Positions 58,552-64,000 of a stretch of DNA of 64,000 bases are shown one piece after another. The notes beneath the pieces were generated by a model. The model did no database searches. It worked only from the letters and a program-made list of their open reading frames with translations, and was not told where the DNA came from. Source of the DNA: a virus (lineage: Duplodnaviria > Caudoviricetes). The position numbers and the translations under genes were made by a program. The stretch covers positions 64,001 to 128,000 of IMG/VR virus record IMGVR_UViG_3300028797_000100. The stretch is one strand, 5' to 3'. Position 1 is the first letter of the stretch, and the number at the start of each line of letters is the position of its first letter.

Positions 58552-58682
58552 TTATGTTTCACTTCCTTAATAGATTTAGATTACAATGGCGTTCATAAAC
58601 AAAAAGAAAAGAGAGGGAATTGTGGGGGCCGAAGCCCCCGTTCCCGATGAGTATTAGTATATAATTCAGGAAGATCTCTGAA

Positions 58683-58961
58683 TTAGTCGAAGAATCTGCC
58701 AGGACGAGCAGGCTCGAGAGGCTTGTCATTCTTCTTGTAGCCGAGAGCGATGTCAGGTGTCTCCTCAACTTCCATTGAGAACATGCCGCTCTTGAGCTTG
58801 TTGTTTCCACCAGATACGATAGCTTCAGGATTGAATGAAGTGAACTTCTCCTGGAACAGATCTGAGAAACCTGAATTGTTAGCGTTATAGCTTTCCTGAG
58901 TAACCTCAGCGTTGTCTTCGAAGTTGAAGCCGAGGTCATCAATTATTCTGTTATCAGCCAT
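58683..58961 (-). CDS. Small hypothetical virion-associated protein
   Basis: RBS AAAAGGAG. VTQESY and LFQE motifs. Confidence 0.7.
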   Translation of the reverse strand: MADNRIIDDLGFNFEDNAEVTQESYNANNSGFSDLFQEKFTSFNPEAIVSGGNNKLKSGMFSMEVEETPDIALGYKKNDKPLEPARPGRFFD

Positions 58962-58978
58962 TGTTAAAGACTCCTTTT

Positions 58979-60349
58979 CTATAGATTTGATTTACCATAC
59001 ATATCAGCAAGCAACTGATTTGCATACAGCTTGTTCATCGCAATGATGAGACGATATGTATGAGCATAGTTGATGTTTGTGAATACCAACATACGACGTT
59101 TCCAGTCGACGTAGTAACCATCATCTATTAAACATTTGTTTTCACGCAGCTTTACCGATAGGAATACACCTACATCGATATTGTTCTCCAAGTGATGGTC
59201 TATTAGCTGATTTATTTCGTCGCTAAAGATAGCTCCGATGTATACTTCCTTTTCTCCCCAATCCAATTGTATGATCGGTCTACCTATGACTTTCCAGCCA
59301 TACAGTAATGGGAAGTCCTTTTCATTCCAAACGTCCGAGAATATTGGAATAGCAATGGATCCCGGCAATGGATCTTTACGAACAAATGGACCAGGGTTAG
59401 GAACACATAAATCATATAAACCAATTGTGTTGAACTCGCATCGCATTGTGAAAGTTATGGGATAGTCAGATTCGACTAAGTTGCTTGACTTTGTGCCATT
59501 CGAATAGCTCAAATCACCTATGTTGCAAAGTATAGGTGAAGAATAGTGCATGTAAAATGCATCCTTATGACGTCCAGATGAGAATCTGTACGAAACAGGA
59601 AACTCACTATTCATATTTAGGTAATCAACAAACTTTGCCACACTACCATTTTCGTCCTTAACAGGTATACCTGCATGATGTGCAGTCTCCTCAAGGAATC
59701 CATCAGGTATTGCCAATTCCAAAGCAGTATCAATATCAAAAAATCCACCGTCGGTTGGGATTGTATTTATTAGGTATGAACTCCAGTTCAGCTGTTCAGC
59801 ATAACTTCTGAAAGCTAAGACAAAGTCTAACATTACAACAACTCTGTTGACCTTACCACGCCATACTATTTTCTTCTGAGGGTCGACTAATAATTCCGGC
59901 ATCTCAGAGCGATTCTGAAAACGGTTTGATGTAGAAGACCACGTCGTCGTTGCAAAGGAACCAGCAGCCAACCTATTATCCAGACCAGATAAAGATACTC
60001 TTGGATTCACAACACACAATGGATATGCTTGTTGTCGAACTTGTTGAGGTGTATGTCTCAGTTGTCGATGTGCAATCCTTGTGGATGGAAGGACTGTTTT
60101 GAAGGTTTCGTCAGGAAACCTATCAACAATGAATTGCAACGCTATGGCTGCAACATTGCCTATGGAGTGCATCATATCTGTACCACTTCGACATGCCAAT
60201 GATAATGAGTATCCATGCTCATTACCTCGTGGAGAGAGACCATTGTATTGATACAACAATCTTCTTTCTCGGATATCATGATCTCCTAAACCCTCATTAA
60301 AATTATTGATATTACCCTTGTTTGGGTGGGTATCAGAATAATTACTCAC
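58979..60349 (-). CDS. Probable virion structural protein
   Basis: 456-aa ORF coupled to the LysM-like gene. Function inferred from context only. Confidence 0.6.
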   Translation of the reverse strand: MSNYSDTHPNKGNINNFNEGLGDHDIRERRLLYQYNGLSPRGNEHGYSLSLACRSGTDMMHSIGNVAAIALQFIVDRFPDETFKTVLPSTRIAHRQLRHTPQQVRQQAYPLCVVNPRVSLSGLDNRLAAGSFATTTWSSTSNRFQNRSEMPELLVDPQKKIVWRGKVNRVVVMLDFVLAFRSYAEQLNWSSYLINTIPTDGGFFDIDTALELAIPDGFLEETAHHAGIPVKDENGSVAKFVDYLNMNSEFPVSYRFSSGRHKDAFYMHYSSPILCNIGDLSYSNGTKSSNLVESDYPITFTMRCEFNTIGLYDLCVPNPGPFVRKDPLPGSIAIPIFSDVWNEKDFPLLYGWKVIGRPIIQLDWGEKEVYIGAIFSDEINQLIDHHLENNIDVGVFLSVKLRENKCLIDDGYYVDWKRRMLVFTNINYAHTYRLIIAMNKLYANQLLADMYGKSNL

Positions 60350-60761
60350 TTTGAACCCTCGATATCAATACAGATAATATGTTGGTAAACTTTTCGATGT
60401 TGTATTGCTTAATGTACTTGAAGTTGAAATCCATTATTGATGGACATTTATTCAAGATCATAATAGGACGCCACATGTTAGTGGTACCATATTTATCATA
60501 AGCATACTTCTTGGGATTACGTACATATTTCAAATCGAAATTCTCCACAGAAGAAATATCATCAATACTATTAATGATATCGAAGAACTTCAACGGAAGC
60601 TGAGATATGACTACATCCCATTTCGAAAGATCGTTGCCTTCTATATCAGGCTCATCTGCTACCAACGTTACTGAAGAAGAGATGTTATTGAAAGTGAATA
60701 AATCTGAATTTATGTATTTTATTAATGAGGGTACTAACGTTTTTTGATCAGATGTCATCAC
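60342..60761 (-). CDS. LysM-like baseplate wedge-type protein
   Basis: YVRNPKKYAYDKYGTTNMWRPIMILN resembles the P..lA...YG....W..I...N motif of T4 gp53/LysM-like baseplate proteins. Confidence 0.6.
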   Translation of the reverse strand: MMTSDQKTLVPSLIKYINSDLFTFNNISSSVTLVADEPDIEGNDLSKWDVVISQLPLKFFDIINSIDDISSVENFDLKYVRNPKKYAYDKYGTTNMWRPIMILNKCPSIMDFNFKYIKQYNIEKFTNILSVLISRVQSE

Positions 60762-60783
60762 AACGCATCATCTCCTTTCACAT

Positions 60784-61062
60784 TCATTGTATGCGAACAT
60801 ACATATTGAATATGTCATTATCATCACAGACCAAAGTTGCTTTCAAGTTCCCGTCACTAACAACAGGATCACTTGAAAGGACTCGTGCAGTAACATTGAA
60901 TCTATCTCCAATATCCACTGCACGAGAAGTGTACCTTGTAGATGAGAAAATAACAGAAGATATCTCTACGATATCACCATTATTAATTACGCCTTCTGTA
61001 TGAATAATACAAGTTGATGTATGCGGTATAGTGAAATCATCTCCACTGATTGACAGTAACAT
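60784..61062 (-). CDS. Hypothetical protein
   Basis: 92-aa ORF filling the gap in the minus-strand operon. Confidence 0.65.
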   Translation of the reverse strand: MLLSISGDDFTIPHTSTCIIHTEGVINNGDIVEISSVIFSSTRYTSRAVDIGDRFNVTARVLSSDPVVSDGNLKATLVCDDNDIFNMYVRIQ

Positions 61063-61085
61063 ATTCTTTTATCACCTTGCGATGA

Positions 61086-62057
61086 TTACTTACCTACTGC
61101 TGAGATGAGGCTGAGGAAAGCATCGCCGAATGCACCGATGAGTGTCTTGCAAGCAGCCTGGAGCTTCTTATTAACTTCAGGACACTTCTTGTTGCACTCT
61201 TCTGCAGCACCAGAAACCTTCTTCTTATCCTGTTCCTTTACAGCAGCAGAGATCTGCTTCTCTGACTTAACGCCGCCGCTCTTCTTGATGCCATCAGCTA
61301 CAGCATATACTGCGAACCAAGCACACATTACCATTGCGATGTCGTTAACTGAAGCACTGTCTGTCTTCTTGAGTTTGTTATCTGCATTAACAAGAGCATC
61401 AGCAGCATTGCCGAGATTACCAGACATATAGCTCAGTGAACGCTTACCATCCTCACTCTTTGTCTTAGCAAGAGCAGGAACGATTGCCTTTACTGAATCA
61501 TTCTCATAGAATGAATCTGGTACGCTTATGCAGCAACCTTCTGCGAGGTTTGCAAAAGCCTTGATAACTGTAGCAGCTGCAGCCTTAGCTGAAGCTCCTG
61601 TAACGAATCTTTCACCTTCGAGCTGAACTGATGACTTGCCACCTGTAACAGCCTTAGCAAATGTCTTTGCATATTCCAGTGAAGGATTGATTGTAACTTT
61701 AGCGCCGCACTTCTTTGCGAGCATATTGAGAGCCTTGTTAGGAGATGTTGCCTTTTCAGCGTATTCAACAAATATACAAGCTTCCTGATAAAGGTGACGG
61801 CATGTACCGATCAACTCTCTTTCAACGGCTTCATACATGAGTTCGATAGCTTTTTCTCTATCTGTAGGAAGACCAGCATTTGTAGCTGCTTCCTGGATAA
61901 CTTCTGTCATTTCAGAAGGTTCGAGAGAAGCTATATTCTTAGCTGCATCATAGATAGCTGCAGAAACATTTACCTGACCCATTGCTTCCTGGACATACGC
62001 ATCGTGAACTGAAGCGTCACCAGTCTCAAGGTCCAACATAATATCTGATACCTTCAT
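61086..62057 (-). CDS. Probable abundant virion protein
   Basis: 323 aa, Ala/Lys-rich, YVQEA/IQEA/YQEA motifs, RBS GAAAGGA. Confidence 0.7.
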   Translation of the reverse strand: MKVSDIMLDLETGDASVHDAYVQEAMGQVNVSAAIYDAAKNIASLEPSEMTEVIQEAATNAGLPTDREKAIELMYEAVERELIGTCRHLYQEACIFVEYAEKATSPNKALNMLAKKCGAKVTINPSLEYAKTFAKAVTGGKSSVQLEGERFVTGASAKAAAATVIKAFANLAEGCCISVPDSFYENDSVKAIVPALAKTKSEDGKRSLSYMSGNLGNAADALVNADNKLKKTDSASVNDIAMVMCAWFAVYAVADGIKKSGGVKSEKQISAAVKEQDKKKVSGAAEECNKKCPEVNKKLQAACKTLIGAFGDAFLSLISAVGK

Positions 62058-62167
62058 GAGTTGAATATCGTCCTTTCAAATTATAGATTTTTACAATATA
62101 CCAAGCCTGGGAGCCCCTCCAGAATTAGTTATGTTGTAAATTACAAAGTTGTGGTTGTATAAAGTAA

Positions 62168-62485
62168 TTATACAGTTGGTGTATCCTTATATTTCTGAAT
62201 CAATTGTTGAGCTTGCACTTTGTACTTCTCAACAAGATCAGCTTTGAGTGAACGATGATCCAAACCCAAACGAACGAGTTGTTTGAATTGTGGATCGTCT
62301 GCATTCTGTGCAAGTAACAAAGATGTTATTGCAACTGCAGTATTGTCTTTATTGGTCGGATTGAGTCTTAATGTGCTTTTAACATCAAGGCCATTCCTTT
62401 CAGTCAGATCCTGGAGTTCCTGATCTTTGTCAAGCTTCTCCATAAGAGTTTTAACTCTATTGAAGATTTGTTCTTCAGTCATCAT
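62168..62485 (-). CDS. Hypothetical protein
   Basis: ORF with RBS AAGGAGG. Confidence 0.75.
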   Translation of the reverse strand: MMTEEQIFNRVKTLMEKLDKDQELQDLTERNGLDVKSTLRLNPTNKDNTAVAITSLLLAQNADDPQFKQLVRLGLDHRSLKADLVEKYKVQAQQLIQKYKDTPTV

Positions 62486-62597
62486 AGAGCATGTCCTCCT
62501 TCCTTCGAGAGTTTATTATTACGTCCGAATTACAGGAAAACGAAAAAAAAGAACCCGCGTGATTGCGGGTCCTCTTTATGTGATGCGTACAGTCCGC

Positions 62598-62912
62598 TTA
62601 TGCGGCAGGATTCTGAGCTCCCTCAGGAGCGGGTGCAGGAGCAGGAGCTGTTTCCTTCTTGCCGGGAAGGATGCCCTTGATCTTGCCGAAGATGGACTTC
62701 TTAGGAGCGGGATCATTATCCTGTGCAGGAGTGATCTGTGCCTCGATGTCCTTGATCTTCTTGTTGATGTAAATCTTACCTGCGATGCCTCCGGCTACGG
62801 GAACTACCTTGAGAGCGAGAGCTGCTGCCGGATTCTTCTTCTCCCACTTAGTCACTTTCTTGTTAATCTTCTTAGCTGACTTGTTTACCTTTTTGATCAT
62901 CTTGTTTGCCAT
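62598..62912 (-). CDS. Small basic protein with a hydrophobic segment and Pro/Ala tail
   Basis: RBS TAAGGAGG. An early-type motif lies upstream (63023-63043) and a terminator downstream (62547-62578). Confidence 0.75.
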   Translation of the reverse strand: MANKMIKKVNKSAKKINKKVTKWEKKNPAAALALKVVPVAGGIAGKIYINKKIKDIEAQITPAQDNDPAPKKSIFGKIKGILPGKKETAPAPAPAPEGAQNPAA

Positions 62913-63100
62913 AAATAGGCCTCCTTATATTCTCCTATAGATACGCTATAGGTCGTCCCTTATCAGGGTGACAATGATTGGTTTTCGAATGATGAAGGAG
63001 ACAGGATTATCTCCTTCTTCTTCATAATAATAATATATATTTAGAAACTTGAAATTCTAGCTCTGTAGCATACACTTTTCGGCAGCATAGATAAATTTCA

Positions 63101-63382
63101 TTAGTATGGATAGTAATCTGGTAAGTATGAAGTATCATCATTATCTGTAAAATCAATCATTATATCCGGATTATTAACGAGGAGGTCATATCTCCCTTGA
63201 TTTAATAAACTGGATATCTTTTTCAGTTGTTCAAATGCCTCCACCTCTTCCTGGGTGACTAATAAAATGTCCTTTTCATAAAATGATAAAAATATTGATA
63301 ATTCTTGTGCTAAAAACTTCAAAGATCTTAATGATATCTTTTTATAGTCATCTGGGTCTATCATATTTTCATATAACAGCAT
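63101..63382 (-). CDS. Hypothetical protein
   Basis: ORF with RBS GAAAGGAG. Confidence 0.7.
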   Translation of the reverse strand: MLLYENMIDPDDYKKISLRSLKFLAQELSIFLSFYEKDILLVTQEEVEAFEQLKKISSLLNQGRYDLLVNNPDIMIDFTDNDDTSYLPDYYPY

Positions 63383-63474
63383 TATGATTTACTCCTTTCA
63401 TTGAACAATTCTGAAACGATGTTTTCATCGTTGTATTCATATTAATAAAGTATATTTTATAAAGGAGAATTTTT

Positions 63475-63915
63475 ATGTTTAACTTAGACGATACTAAAAC
63501 AATCATGAGCATTATCAATCAGAGGGATACTGATGTGATGTTATTCCCTGTCTGTGTTAAGATAGATCAGAATTATTACTATATTCCATCATTAGATAAA
63601 TCCGATGTAGTCGGTTCTAATATTAAAATAGTATTTGGCTCATCTATCAATGTATTCACCAAGAAGAAATTTCCAAAGAATCTGTTACTGTTGTTTGACA
63701 ATGTCAAGATGTTTAATTACTTTGACGAAGAGAAACAGGTAGCAACAGAGTATTTCTATTTCGAATCAGGATATGTAGAAGCTGCTGGTAGTGATCCTAT
63801 TAATGTAGCAGAAGAAATCAATGGTTGGTGTGATATCTTGATTCCTTATGTAAAGAACATTATTGACAGGAATAGAAAAGAGAAAATCAAGAAGATGATG
63901 GAAGAACAATCTTGA
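63475..63915 (+). CDS. Hypothetical protein
   Basis: ORF with RBS AAAGGAG. Confidence 0.75.
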   Translation: MFNLDDTKTIMSIINQRDTDVMLFPVCVKIDQNYYYIPSLDKSDVVGSNIKIVFGSSINVFTKKKFPKNLLLLFDNVKMFNYFDEEKQVATEYFYFESGYVEAAGSDPINVAEEINGWCDILIPYVKNIIDRNRKEKIKKMMEEQS

Positions 63916-64000
63916 TTTCTATTTTTCTTATTTTAGAAAATATATATACTTAATATGACGGAGTCATATTATATATAATAAAATAAGAAAGAAGATGTAA

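Noticed and set aside
1-64000. Alternative genetic code, inteins or introns in core genes, integrase or transposase, chimallin or tubulin
   Set aside because: Genes tile the window under the standard code. The polymerases, ligase and recombinase show no evident intein or intron interruption. No mobile-element or nucleus-related gene was recognisable here, though they could lie outside the window.

Overview
This AT-rich, gene-dense 64 kb window looks like part of a jumbo bacteriophage of the phiKZ/AR9 type. The host is probably a Firmicute, judging from the strong AAGGAGG ribosome-binding sites. The code is standard and I see no integrase or transposase. Core genes: a 1426-aa RNA polymerase beta-like subunit, a split beta-prime N-terminal subunit (NADFDGD), a split family-B DNA polymerase, an SSB candidate, ThyX, NADAR, SbcD/Mre11, RecA/UvsX, NAD-dependent ligase, a metallophosphoesterase, an ABC transporter, and a minus-strand block of probable virion proteins. 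Two RNA-centred loci stand out. (1) 2943-5450: a lone Cas7/RAMP-like gene, a small ORF, then a ~1 kb non-coding array with 5-nt periodicity (NGY-NN, GGY-NN in the best units). The array is split into about 25 blocks, mostly 7-11 pentamers each, by single-nucleotide phase slips. It is a candidate non-CRISPR RNA-guided system. (2) 30870-36880: a non-coding RNA island with 8 canonical tRNAs (a ninth lies at 38844), a Ro60/TROVE gene and seven RNAs sharing a Y-RNA-like helix. That helix is grafted at different points of tRNA scaffolds, three of which keep intact Asp, Tyr or Cys anticodon arms. Several further unexplained long-stem RNAs are present. Also notable: two paralogous probable virion proteins with a kinase-like C-terminal domain (one likely a pseudokinase), an RNAP alpha-CTD-bearing protein, and two recurring promoter-like motifs. 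All protein calls come from motifs read by eye. No searches were run.
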